37,824 nucleotides of DNA from Rickettsiales bacterium (GTDB taxonomy: Bacteria > Pseudomonadota > Alphaproteobacteria > Rickettsiales > JALZUV01): positions 1-37,824 of the forward strand of contig JALZUV010000098.1 of NCBI GenBank assembly GCA_023301245.1, read 5' to 3'. Positions 1 to 7,902 of this stretch are shown piece after piece. The translations under genes and the position numbers were made by a program. Position 1 is the first letter of the stretch; each line of letters starts with the position of its first letter. The notes under the pieces are model-generated. The model had not been told where the DNA came from. It made no database searches and worked only from the letters and a program-made list of their open reading frames with translations.

Positions 1-18
1 TTTGATTTGCAAATCAAA
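1..18. repeat. 18-bp perfect palindrome TTTGATTTGCAAATCAAA at the window edge, overlapping the ssb stop codon
   Basis: Read directly: positions 1-18 are self-complementary. The half-site TGATTTGCA (3-11) recurs at 6086-6094 in the cro/cI intergenic region. Confidence 0.6.
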
Positions 19-487
19 AGGGGATCTCATCGTCTAAATCGAATTTTTGGGCGGGGTCGGGGTCTTCTGACTTGGCTTTGCTTTCGCGGCCATATTCATG
101 CTCGCTCTCAGCCGCCGGCGGGCGATTGCTATCCCCTTTGCTATTGAGCAAAGTCAGACTGCCGTTAAATCCAGACAGCACAACCTCAGTTGTGTATTTA
201 TCATTACCGTCGCGGTCTTGCCATTTGCGCGTCTTGAGCTGTCCCTCGATATAGATCTTACTGCCCTTGTGAACATATCTCTCAATGATACCGACAAGCC
301 CCTCATTAAAGACCGCGATATTGTGCCAATCGGTCTTTTCTTTTTTCTCGCCGGTTGTTTTATCTTTCCAGCTCTCAGACGTCGCCAGGCTAAAATTAGC
401 AACCTTGCCGCCAGTGTTGAAACTGCGAATTTCTGGATCCTTACCGACATTGCCGATAAGGATCACTTTATTGACTGAACCTGCCAT
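14..487 (-). CDS. ssb: single-stranded DNA-binding protein
   Basis: 157-aa ORF. N-terminal OB-fold SSB pattern (VNKVILIGNVGKDPE...TDWHNIAVF...IYIEGQLKTRKW) and the canonical acidic C-terminal tail DDEIPF. ATG at 487. Confidence 0.93.
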   Translation of the reverse strand: MAGSVNKVILIGNVGKDPEIRSFNTGGKVANFSLATSESWKDKTTGEKKEKTDWHNIAVFNEGLVGIIERYVHKGSKIYIEGQLKTRKWQDRDGNDKYTTEVVLSGFNGSLTLLNSKGDSNRPPAAESEHEYGRESKAKSEDPDPAQKFDLDDEIPF

Positions 488-755
488 TAAAAGGCCTCCG
501 TTTTGGCGTCAGTGATAAAACGCAGTAGCCAGGAGCGACGCCAAATCTCCCCCCTGCAAGTTTAAACGAAATATTGCGGGTAATGCTTTCGCCGGAGCGC
601 ACCGCGCCTTGCTGATTATCCGACAAGCAATGCAGCTTAAGACAATCCCCGACCGCAAAGCCGCGGTCATCAAGCCGGTATTCAAAATTTTTCTCGCCTC
701 TAACGATAGGCCAGAAAAAATCAGGCCAACAGTCAAGCTCATGAGTGCGGCTCAT
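468..755 (-). CDS. DUF3850 / ASCH (PUA-like) domain protein
   Basis: 95 aa. HELDCWPDFFWPIVRGEKNFEYRLDDRGFAVGDCLKL fits the DUF3850 signature (HELK.WP..F....G.K.FE.R.nDR.F.vGD). Overlaps the ssb start by 20 nt. Confidence 0.6.
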   Translation of the reverse strand: MSRTHELDCWPDFFWPIVRGEKNFEYRLDDRGFAVGDCLKLHCLSDNQQGAVRSGESITRNISFKLAGGRFGVAPGYCVLSLTPKRRPFNGRFSQ

Positions 756-952
756 TTTAACACCTCATCGAGGACCAGGCACGCCGCAACAAGCGAATTA
801 AAGCTACAAAAATTCAAAATTAACACGATAGGATGGGGTTTAAGGGGAAAATTCCACATCATAGACCAGCCGGTCACAACGCATGTGATTAACGCCCAAA
901 GCGCCATAAACAGCGCTGAAAATCCGACAATATATTTTATAAATTTTCTCAT
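752..952 (-). CDS. small membrane protein (two hydrophobic segments), AT-rich
   Basis: 66-aa ORF with 4-nt start/stop overlaps to both neighbours. Hydrophobic stretches are IVGFSALFMALWALITCVV and IVLILNFCSFNSLVAACLVL. Confidence 0.45.
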   Translation of the reverse strand: MRKFIKYIVGFSALFMALWALITCVVTGWSMMWNFPLKPHPIVLILNFCSFNSLVAACLVLDEVLK

Positions 953-1269
953 TTATACTTACTTGTCATGTGTGTCGCATAGGGCGACGCGATATATATA
1001 AATTGATCAATCGACGGATCGCGCATTTGCTCATTGCGCGCGACAGGCCCAAAAACAATCTTCCATTTATACGCGCGAACTGCCACGCCGCCGCCCCATA
1101 TCTGCGTAAGTCGGCGCGTTAAGAGCCAGGCACAACCTTTAAAATCAACGCCGATATAATATTTTTTCCCTTCATAAAATTCAGGTTCATCAAGAACTTT
1201 CTCAAAAAGCTCAGGGAAAGGCATATCTCCAATTTTAAACCTATCTATATTATCAGTATGACCCATCAC
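949..1269 (-). CDS. hypothetical protein
   Basis: 106-aa ORF in the early operon, with 4-nt overlaps at both ends. No motif recognised. Confidence 0.5.
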   Translation of the reverse strand: MMGHTDNIDRFKIGDMPFPELFEKVLDEPEFYEGKKYYIGVDFKGCAWLLTRRLTQIWGGGVAVRAYKWKIVFGPVARNEQMRDPSIDQFIYIASPYATHMTSKYK

Positions 1270-1574
1270 GCATCCTCCCGCATTGCGCGCGCCCGCGCGA
1301 TATCCTTGTCACGGTAAATCCGCGCCGCTTCTGTCCATTTCATTTCAATAATAAAGGCGTCTTTCTCAGCACGGCTCATAAGACGCGGCTCTTTTAAACC
1401 CAGCAGCCGCGCCTTGATCGCATAAAATCCGACATCAGTTGCGGCCGTCATATCAGGCACACGATCGAGCACTTGATTAATACGGCCCTTAAGCCCCGTC
1501 GCATCGCACGCAACGAAGATCTCAACAACGATCCGCACGGCGTCTGGCAAGGCTGATTTTTCAGGGGCCGCCAT
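1266..1574 (-). CDS. hypothetical protein
   Basis: 102-aa ORF. Its ATG at 1574 overlaps the helicase stop by 1 nt, and there is a 4-nt overlap downstream. Confidence 0.5.
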   Translation of the reverse strand: MAAPEKSALPDAVRIVVEIFVACDATGLKGRINQVLDRVPDMTAATDVGFYAIKARLLGLKEPRLMSRAEKDAFIIEMKWTEAARIYRDKDIARARAMREDA

Positions 1575-3553
1575 TAGAACGGGATTCCTTCGCCGTCGTC
1601 GGCGGCGCCGCCTGAATCATTATTCAGCCACGTCGCTTGCGGGGGCGGCATTTCAGCGGGATCAAACAAAGCAGAGAGCTTTATCTTATGACCATAGCGC
1701 GGCGCCTGGCTAATTTTCGCGGATTTATTGGCCTCTAATATCGACGCTGGAGCTTGTTCTAAAAGATAATGCCATTTGCCCGTCTGTGTTGAGGACGTCG
1801 CCCAATCGGTCCCGCGAAACAGCTGTGATAAACCAGGGTGACGATTTGGAATAAACAGCCAGCCATTTTCAAGCGTGACAGCGCCGCTTTTAGGCCCAAC
1901 AATCCCGCAGCCAAGCTCAGCAAGCTTTTTGCGCACGCCCTTAACAGACATATTATAATCATCAGATTGCTCACCGAAACAGGCAAACAATAATATCCGG
2001 ATAGAGACAGCGCTCTCAGTACGCCACATATCGACCGGCGCATCGAGCACATGCGCGAGGCAGTCCTGCCAGTTATCCGTGCGGCCGCCCGCTTGCGCGT
2101 CAAATTTATCGCCTAATACCTGGACCCATTCATCAATATCCTGCGCGCTCGGATCTCGGTCAAACATCATTATGTGATAACTCGCCATGATCGTTGCATA
2201 ATGATCGGCGTTGCCAGGCTCCATTGAGGTGCGCTTTAGAAAGGCCTCACGAAACACCTCAGACGCGCCGTTAAAGCGCGGGAAATTATCTATCATGCGC
2301 CGCAAAATCTCGCGGCCCCAACCGGCCAGCACTGATAAATCTTGCTCTGGCATGACGCCGCTATTTTTATCGAGCGGCTTTAGCTGTAATCTTGAAAAAC
2401 GGCGCTCATCTTGCGGCCCAAAGCCTGGCGGCGCAATTCCCGTCAATAAAAATGCGCTGCGAATTTTATAAGACACACCGCCGCCCTTATCGCCGCCGCG
2501 GTTAAGCGTTGATCCTAATGTGGCCGCGCGGGCCAGCTCAATAACAGCTTGATTGCGCCGGTCATCAGAACTCGCCTCAAATTCATCAATTGCGACAGGG
2601 ATAGTATCGTAACGCACAAGCTGATAAATACCGGCCGCCGTCGTGTCAGAGGTGGATAGCAAAGCAGAGCCCATCACACCCTTAATCACACCCTGAAAAG
2701 TCGATTTACCCGAGCCCGTCTTGCCGCTGACAAGCAAATGCGCACGGTGACGCAGCGCGCCGCCGATCATCGCTTGCCCTATCCAGCCCAGGCAAATAGC
2801 CGGCGAATAACTATCGGCCCAATTCCACGTTTCAAATGTTTTAAGCAGCTTTGCGCCGCCGCCGCTGGGGGATTGCGCAATTTGATTTTGCGAGGGCTTG
2901 GGCAATCTAGGACGCTTAGGGTAAAGATAATTACCATGCTCGCCCGTCGGAATAGCGTCATCCTCTGTAAACAGACGATCGCCGCCGTGCCAGATAATGC
3001 GGCCAAAGACATCAAGCCATGCACCCGCGCCGCGTATTTGATCCATTGGGACAAACGGCCCCTTGCTTTCAGCCGCATCAATCAACACAGCAAAAGCCTC
3101 GGCCGCGTCCCAATTTTTTAAATTCTTACGATTACCAATTGGCGGGAAAGCCCAAGGCAGAAAATCACGGTGCCCCGCAAATAGCGCTTGAACAACGCCC
3201 TTGCCATTATTACGGCCGCTAATAGCGGACAGCGTGCCGCGTGCCGTAAAGAAATAAAACAAATCGTCATCATATCCCATAGGAATTACAGGGCAGCCAT
3301 CGGGCAGGCCCGTATGAGGATCAGGAAGCCATTTACCAGGCTCAACGCCATCTGCATTTGGCTGTCCTGGCACAGGCCATATTGGAACCTCTGGCGGATC
3401 ATTCTTAGACGCGCCGGAAGGGCCGCCCAGCGCCTTACCTATTATGTTTTGCGCGGCCGAGCGCATCGCGGCGTCCATAGCTCTATTTTCTTGACTGCCA
3501 TCATCAGGATCAGGCCCATAAGGGCCGCGGTTATTATTTGGAGGGCGCGCCAT
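1574..3553 (-). CDS. primase-associated P-loop NTPase / replicative helicase (P4-alpha / D5 / DUF927-like class)
   Basis: 659 aa. Walker A is LVSGKTGSGKST and Walker B-like is IPVAIDEFE. It lies directly downstream of, and is translationally coupled to, the Toprim primase gene. Confidence 0.7.
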   Translation of the reverse strand: MARPPNNNRGPYGPDPDDGSQENRAMDAAMRSAAQNIIGKALGGPSGASKNDPPEVPIWPVPGQPNADGVEPGKWLPDPHTGLPDGCPVIPMGYDDDLFYFFTARGTLSAISGRNNGKGVVQALFAGHRDFLPWAFPPIGNRKNLKNWDAAEAFAVLIDAAESKGPFVPMDQIRGAGAWLDVFGRIIWHGGDRLFTEDDAIPTGEHGNYLYPKRPRLPKPSQNQIAQSPSGGGAKLLKTFETWNWADSYSPAICLGWIGQAMIGGALRHRAHLLVSGKTGSGKSTFQGVIKGVMGSALLSTSDTTAAGIYQLVRYDTIPVAIDEFEASSDDRRNQAVIELARAATLGSTLNRGGDKGGGVSYKIRSAFLLTGIAPPGFGPQDERRFSRLQLKPLDKNSGVMPEQDLSVLAGWGREILRRMIDNFPRFNGASEVFREAFLKRTSMEPGNADHYATIMASYHIMMFDRDPSAQDIDEWVQVLGDKFDAQAGGRTDNWQDCLAHVLDAPVDMWRTESAVSIRILLFACFGEQSDDYNMSVKGVRKKLAELGCGIVGPKSGAVTLENGWLFIPNRHPGLSQLFRGTDWATSSTQTGKWHYLLEQAPASILEANKSAKISQAPRYGHKIKLSALFDPAEMPPPQATWLNNDSGGAADDGEGIPF

Positions 3554-4626
3554 TATGACACCGCCTTTTCTGCAGCCATTAAGTCACGGAGCCAATCATT
3601 CCAATCTTTCACACCTTCCGGCGGATATTTCATTTCTAGCTTTCGGCCGCGCGCTTGGCCTTTTAGTTTTAAAAATGACGAGGCGAGCTGATTACGCGCC
3701 GTCTCGTTTTCATCATTCTGCGCGCAGATAAAAACTTCCTCAAATAGATCTAGCCACGGCATATTGCCGATATTGCCGAGCGTGCCGACATAAACCACGC
3801 GCCAATCTGGACAGGACAAAGCAACAGACAGCGCATCCTCTAACCCCTCACAAATCGCAAGCGTGTCCCATATGCCGGCCTCAGTTGCCTCGCGTATGGG
3901 CAAGCCGCTATGACCGCGCGAGACAGGCACAAACCCGCCCGCGAAACCGCCGAGCATTTTCTTAGGATTGCTGACAGTGTCTAGCTTACCGTCGCCGCTA
4001 TCATTTAAGAATGTGCGGTGTATAGCTTTTGGCTTTAAGTCACCGCCAATCATCAAGGCGCAAATCATAGGGTGTTCTGTGTAATCGCGCCCAATATAAA
4101 AGCGGCCCTTTGGATCAAACCGCAGCGCGCCAGGCTCTTTTTTTAATTGCCGAATATCAAGGCCGCGGTGCTCGAGCAAATAAGTCTCGGCAGGCGTGCC
4201 CAAAAGGCTCTTTTGCCCGCGCAGCCATAACCCTAGCGCCGTCTTGCGGCGGCTTTCCGGAGAGCGCGGCGCGTCAGTGCGCGTAGGCAAATCAGCAGGA
4301 ATAATATGATCAGCTGCAAGCCAATCATTCGCCCATTTTAACACCTTTGAAAATTCACGCGGCAGAGAAAACCCTTTTATATAAGCAATCAGCTGCAAGA
4401 TATTACCTGTATAATCACCGCTCATTTCGCACCAACCGCCAACCTTGGGACCGCCGACCATAATGTAAAAACTGCCAGGGTGACGATCGGGCCGCGTCGG
4501 ATTAATCGGGAAATAATAATTGCCCTGGCGAAACGCCGGCGGCGGGCACAAATCAGACGCGAGCTCGAGCGCGCGGCTTTTAAGGCTCGTAACAATAGCC
4601 TCTTTATCATAAGTAATGAGCGCCAC
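3553..4626 (-). CDS. Toprim-domain DNA primase with degenerate zinc-ribbon-like N-terminus
   Basis: 357 aa with a GTG start. The N-terminus FPINPTRPDRHPGSFYI...GGWCEMSGDYTGNILQLI follows the DnaG CHC2 pattern (CPFH..r.PSF.v...w.CFgCg..GD.i.l), but most metal ligands are replaced. The Toprim-like segment is LAICEGLEDALSV ... FICAQNDENE. Confidence 0.6.
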   Translation of the reverse strand: MALITYDKEAIVTSLKSRALELASDLCPPPAFRQGNYYFPINPTRPDRHPGSFYIMVGGPKVGGWCEMSGDYTGNILQLIAYIKGFSLPREFSKVLKWANDWLAADHIIPADLPTRTDAPRSPESRRKTALGLWLRGQKSLLGTPAETYLLEHRGLDIRQLKKEPGALRFDPKGRFYIGRDYTEHPMICALMIGGDLKPKAIHRTFLNDSGDGKLDTVSNPKKMLGGFAGGFVPVSRGHSGLPIREATEAGIWDTLAICEGLEDALSVALSCPDWRVVYVGTLGNIGNMPWLDLFEEVFICAQNDENETARNQLASSFLKLKGQARGRKLEMKYPPEGVKDWNDWLRDLMAAEKAVS

Positions 4627-4964
4627 TATACAGCCGCACCCAAAGTCTGCATGATAGATTGCGCCGCAACATCAATAGAGTGATCAATCTCAGGCCAAGC
4701 CTCGCGCACATCAACTATTTCTTTTATAGCCGCTCCAATTTGGCGAGGATCTACATTAAAGGCCTTTGCGACGCGTGCCTGGCTAACCATAACGACCGTT
4801 ACCAAGAGATAGCAGGTCATCCTCTGGCCATCCGATAGCGCGCGCGGTATGCCCTTGCGCAAATCAGGGACACAAAACACAAAGCGCGAGCCTTGCACGT
4901 CACTAGCTATGCCGGCGCAATACGCAATATGAGACATAGGAATAGGTTTAAGCGGCGTCGCCAT
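4626..4964 (-). CDS. HTH protein resembling DnaA domain IV (possible origin-binding / initiator accessory)
   Basis: 112 aa. GQRMTCYLLVTVVMVSQARVAKAFNVDPRQIGAAIKEIVDVRE resembles the Bac_DnaA_C pattern (aR.iAMYL.r.l...S...Ig..F.rdhstV.ha.kki). The alignment was done by eye only. Confidence 0.4.
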   Translation of the reverse strand: MATPLKPIPMSHIAYCAGIASDVQGSRFVFCVPDLRKGIPRALSDGQRMTCYLLVTVVMVSQARVAKAFNVDPRQIGAAIKEIVDVREAWPEIDHSIDVAAQSIMQTLGAAV

Positions 4965-5209
4965 TAGCTCAGCAACTCTACGGCCTCAACAGCATTCGCC
5001 GTCGCATCAATCTGGATATTGACGTCACCTGAATCAACCGACCTCAAAACTAACGCCGCGGCCGCCTGAAATAACACACGGTCTTTAACAGCCGTGCCCT
5101 TTTTAGAGGCGCGTTTCTCGAGCAGCTCCGCCACCAATTCAGGGCCGCCGCGCTGCAATAAATTTTTATATTCACTATTTGAGAGTGTCACATTACTTGA
5201 ACGCGCCAT
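4964..5209 (-). CDS. hypothetical protein (81 aa; trimmed start)
   Basis: The track ORF runs to 5380, but its first 57 aa are Arg-rich and overlap the upstream gene. The internal ATG at 5209 (MARSSNVTL...) is preceded by AAGGA and sits 2 nt after the upstream stop (5211). Confidence 0.45.
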   Translation of the reverse strand: MARSSNVTLSNSEYKNLLQRGGPELVAELLEKRASKKGTAVKDRVLFQAAAALVLRSVDSGDVNIQIDATANAVEAVELLS

Positions 5210-5210
5210 A

Positions 5211-5525
5211 TTAATTATCCTTATAAGGAAGCCGCGCCGCCTGACTAGGCGTTGCGGTCTTCCGGCGAAGTTTGGTTTTAAAATTGGTGACAGACGGCGC
5301 GCGCGGCCGCGTGGACGCGGGAACATCGCGAGTTTGCGAGGCCTTTCGCTCCGCCGCCGCGAGGCGCTGCGATATCTCAACTCCGTCCTCAGTCAGCGCG
5401 CCTTGCGCGTTAAGATATCCAAGAGAGCGCAGCTCGGCCGCATGTTGCTCAGAGATAGCACGCCCTAGGCCCAGCGCGCACAGCGCAGTTATAGGGCCGC
5501 GCACAACTAAGCTCACGCCGCTCAC
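5211..5525 (-). CDS. hypothetical protein
   Basis: 104 aa. The GTG start overlaps the upstream stop (GTGA). It shares a GALTE(D/Q)G motif with the upstream ORF. Confidence 0.4.
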   Translation of the reverse strand: MSGVSLVVRGPITALCALGLGRAISEQHAAELRSLGYLNAQGALTEDGVEISQRLAAAERKASQTRDVPASTRPRAPSVTNFKTKLRRKTATPSQAARLPYKDN

Positions 5526-5764
5526 AGGCCAACCCTCACGCCCTCAACATCAAAAAGATGATAAGCCACGGCAAAACCTTGCTCTGTCAGCGCGCCGCCG
5601 TCTTCAAGACCGCCAGCCTCGAGCGCCATCTGACCAAGATCACCGTCGGGCACTAGATCGTTATAAAAAGAATGAAGCCGCGCGACCGTTGGCGAGCTAT
5701 TAGGCCTAACATATTCGGCGCAAGGACCATGTATAGGGCAAGGCAAGCTGCAGATACACGTCAT
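5522..5764 (-). CDS. hypothetical protein with Cys-rich N-terminus
   Basis: 80 aa with an ATGA overlap to the cro-like gene. The N-terminus is MTCICSLPCPIHGPC, and it carries the motif GGALTEQG. Confidence 0.4.
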   Translation of the reverse strand: MTCICSLPCPIHGPCAEYVRPNSSPTVARLHSFYNDLVPDGDLGQMALEAGGLEDGGALTEQGFAVAYHLFDVEGVRVGL

Positions 5765-6048
5765 TGCGCGGCCTCCGCACCCTCGGCCGCCATAGAGCCG
5801 CGCTCGAGCTCAGCCTGCCAGGCAGGCAGCGGGACAAGGTCATTTGGTTTAACCTCACCTTTGGTAAGCAAAAATATTTCGCGCTGCATCGGGAGCGGCG
5901 GCTGAACATAACGCTCAGACGTAAACTCACGCGTCCAATTTAATATAGTTGAATAACTAACGCCTAATTTCGCCGCTAAATCCGTAGGGGTTAATTTCTG
6001 TTTGACAGCCCATTTTGCAAGCGGGGTTTCAATATTCTTTAAGTCCAT
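5761..6048 (-). CDS. Cro-like HTH regulator, first gene of the early/replication operon
   Basis: 95 aa. The HTH is LTPTDLAAKLGVSYSTILNW. It is transcribed divergently from the cI-like repressor across a 127-bp AT-rich spacer. Confidence 0.6.
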   Translation of the reverse strand: MDLKNIETPLAKWAVKQKLTPTDLAAKLGVSYSTILNWTREFTSERYVQPPLPMQREIFLLTKGEVKPNDLVPLPAWQAELERGSMAAEGAEAAQ

Positions 6049-6175
6049 AGCCGTTCTCTTTCCTTGACGGCTACCTTAAAAAGTGTGATTTGCATTAAAT
6101 TGCAACAACAAAATTCATTATTATTCTTGTTTTATGAAAGTGATATAAGTTTTGACGCCCTCTAAAAGCTTTTTT
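6049..6175. promoter_or_regulatory. divergent immunity control region (candidate operators and promoters)
   Basis: AT-rich spacer containing TGATTTGCA-ttaaat-TGCAACAACA (6086-6110). ATTGCAACA (6099-6107) recurs at 6861-6869, and AATGCAAA (reverse complement of 6089-6096) recurs at 6838-6845 downstream of cI. TTGACG lies at 6065-6070. Confidence 0.45.
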
Positions 6176-6793
6176 ATGGCTAAACATCGTATCGAATACT
6201 GGCGCAAGAAGCGCGACTTAACACAAGTCCAGCTTGGCGAGCTAACCGGCAACTCTCAAAATGCTATCTGGCGGCTTGAGACTGATAAGATGGAGCTCAA
6301 ATCGCATCACCTTCCGGTCTTTGCGCGCGCCCTTGGCGTGCGGCCGATAGATATATTGCCGCTTGAGTTTCTTGAAGAAGATATGCGCAGCCATAAATTC
6401 AGCGAAACAGAAGCGCAAGAATACAGACCCTCTGTAAACTGCGATAATACAGGAAATAACACACTCTCATTAGTAGAAATGGCCGTTGGAGATAACCCAA
6501 ATCGGAACGCCTGGACATTACAGTCAGACGTTTTAGAAGATCAAGGCTATATAAAGGGCGATATTCTTATCACTGATATGAGCCAAAACGCTAAAGCCGG
6601 AGACATAGTTTGCGCTGAGCTATACGCTAACGGAACATCGGACACAGTTTTTCGGATTTTTCAGCCGCCATACTTACTTTCTGGATCTCAAAAACCTTTA
6701 TATCGCCAACCCATAATGTGCGATTATGCGCGCGTGAAAATCATTGCCACCGTTACTCAAATGATAAGGCTCAATCCAAGCGCCAAACTATGA
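6176..6793 (+). CDS. cI-like repressor: N-terminal XRE HTH plus C-terminal S24 (LexA/cI)-like domain
   Basis: The ATG at 6176 (MAKHRIEYWRKKRDLTQVQLGELTG...) is preferred over the track's TTG at 6152. The C-terminal KGDILITDMSQNAKAGDIVCAEL...TVFRIF aligns by eye with lambda cI [23 protein letters not shown]...FTFKKL. Confidence 0.8.
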   Translation: MAKHRIEYWRKKRDLTQVQLGELTGNSQNAIWRLETDKMELKSHHLPVFARALGVRPIDILPLEFLEEDMRSHKFSETEAQEYRPSVNCDNTGNNTLSLVEMAVGDNPNRNAWTLQSDVLEDQGYIKGDILITDMSQNAKAGDIVCAELYANGTSDTVFRIFQPPYLLSGSQKPLYRQPIMCDYARVKIIATVTQMIRLNPSAKL

Positions 6794-6928
6794 ACATCAT
6801 TTTTATTTAATATCTTTCACGTGAAATGAATTAAATAAATGCAAAATGTTGTTGACTATTATTGCAACACGCAATAACCCGAGGTTGTCTTAAGGCGTAA
6901 CTCATCCACATCAGAGCCGCCTGCAGAC

Positions 6929-6973
6929 ACAGGACGGCTTCTTAATTAGCCCCTTAAGGCCGTCCTGTCTTTT
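6929..6973 (+). terminator. intrinsic terminator downstream of the cI-like gene
   Basis: 10-bp stem ACAGGACGGC (6929-6938) / GCCGTCCTGT (6959-6968), with further CTTAA/TTAAG pairing inside the loop, followed by CTTTT. Confidence 0.6.
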
Positions 6974-6990
6974 AATAAAAGGACACGGAT

Positions 6991-7158
6991 ATGCAGACTT
7001 TAACTGACGCTAAACTTAATAATAAACAAATGGCCGCCGCCAATCAAATTGATCGTGATTGGGCCGCGGCAATTGCGGCTGCAGAGAAACGGCTGTCAAA
7101 CTTAAAAGCAGATCGCGCCGCAGAAATACGCGCAGCCATCAACCGCTTCGCGGCTTAA
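6991..7158 (+). CDS. small Ala-rich helical ORF, 55 aa (below the track cutoff)
   Basis: ATG at 6991 preceded by AAAGGA. Translation by hand: MQTLTDAKLNNKQMAAANQIDRDWAAAIAAAEKRLSNLKADRAAEIRAAINRFAA, with TAA at 7156-7158. Confidence 0.35.
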   Translation: MQTLTDAKLNNKQMAAANQIDRDWAAAIAAAEKRLSNLKADRAAEIRAAINRFAA

Positions 7159-7175
7159 CCTCAACAAAACCGGAT

Positions 7176-7592
7176 ATGATTATGACAGATAAAACACAAA
7201 AAGACCCACGCGGCAGCACAGACGTTGATAGCTTTGTCGGAACAAAGCTACGCCAAAGACGCCTTGTGCTTGGAATGAGCCAGACAGCGCTTGGCGACAA
7301 GCTCGGCGTTACTTTTCAGCAAGTCCAAAAATATGAGCGCGGCCAAAACCGCCTTGGCGCGTCCCGCCTTTTCAATTGCTCGCAAATACTTGGCGTAAAA
7401 CCCGCCTATTTTTTCGACGGGCTTGACCCAGCCAGCACCGGAGCGCCTGAATATAGCGACCCCGCACGCACGCTTTCTCTAAGCGTGCCAGGCGCGAAAC
7501 TCATGCGGCAACTATCACACTTTACCAAGCCGCAACTCGAGAGCGTGCTAAACGTGACAACCGCGATTGAAGCCGCAACAGCGCGCGCCTGA
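7176..7592 (+). CDS. XRE-family HTH transcriptional regulator
   Basis: The internal ATG at 7176 (MIMTDKTQ...) is preferred over the Arg-rich TTG extension from 7059. The classic HTH_3 pattern is LRQRRLVLGMSQTALGDKLGVTFQQVQKYERGQNRLGASRL. Confidence 0.75.
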   Translation: MIMTDKTQKDPRGSTDVDSFVGTKLRQRRLVLGMSQTALGDKLGVTFQQVQKYERGQNRLGASRLFNCSQILGVKPAYFFDGLDPASTGAPEYSDPARTLSLSVPGAKLMRQLSHFTKPQLESVLNVTTAIEAATARA

Positions 7593-7600
7593 GCCTCGCC

Positions 7601-7897
7601 ATGAGCGGCGCGCTGACATTATCACAAGCTGAAACGGCACGCCTTTTCGGTATGTCAGCGCGGCGCTTTTCAAATGATTTACCCACTTTAATAAATGAGG
7701 GCTTTCCTCCGCCTTATATCGGCAATCTATCAGACGGGCGCAACGGCCCGCGCCGCCGCTGGCTGCGCCGCGCTGTGCTGCAATTCATGACATTGCGCAG
7801 CGTGCCAGGGGAGGGCGGCATGACACTTGCCGCCAATGAAAACGGTGACGGCCTACACAGGCTAGACAGAATCACCCTAGGCGAGGTCAGAGGATAA
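7601..7897 (+). CDS. excisionase / AlpA-like DNA-binding protein
   Basis: 98 aa. LTLSQAETARLFGMSARRF...GFPPPY...RRRWLRRAVLQF fits the Xis/AlpA (MerR-type HTH) pattern. It lies immediately upstream of the integrase. Confidence 0.55.
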   Translation: MSGALTLSQAETARLFGMSARRFSNDLPTLINEGFPPPYIGNLSDGRNGPRRRWLRRAVLQFMTLRSVPGEGGMTLAANENGDGLHRLDRITLGEVRG

Positions 7898-7902
7898 CGG
7901 CC

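Noticed and set aside
4964-5380. Long (138 aa) version of the ORF, and the N-terminal extensions of the track ORFs at 6152, 7059, 32838, 11367, 14234, 17338, 20909 and 24331
   Set aside because: The extensions overlap upstream genes, start at non-ATG codons inside Shine-Dalgarno sequences, or are Arg-rich out-of-context sequence. Internal starts with GGAG/GGAGG at proper spacing were preferred.
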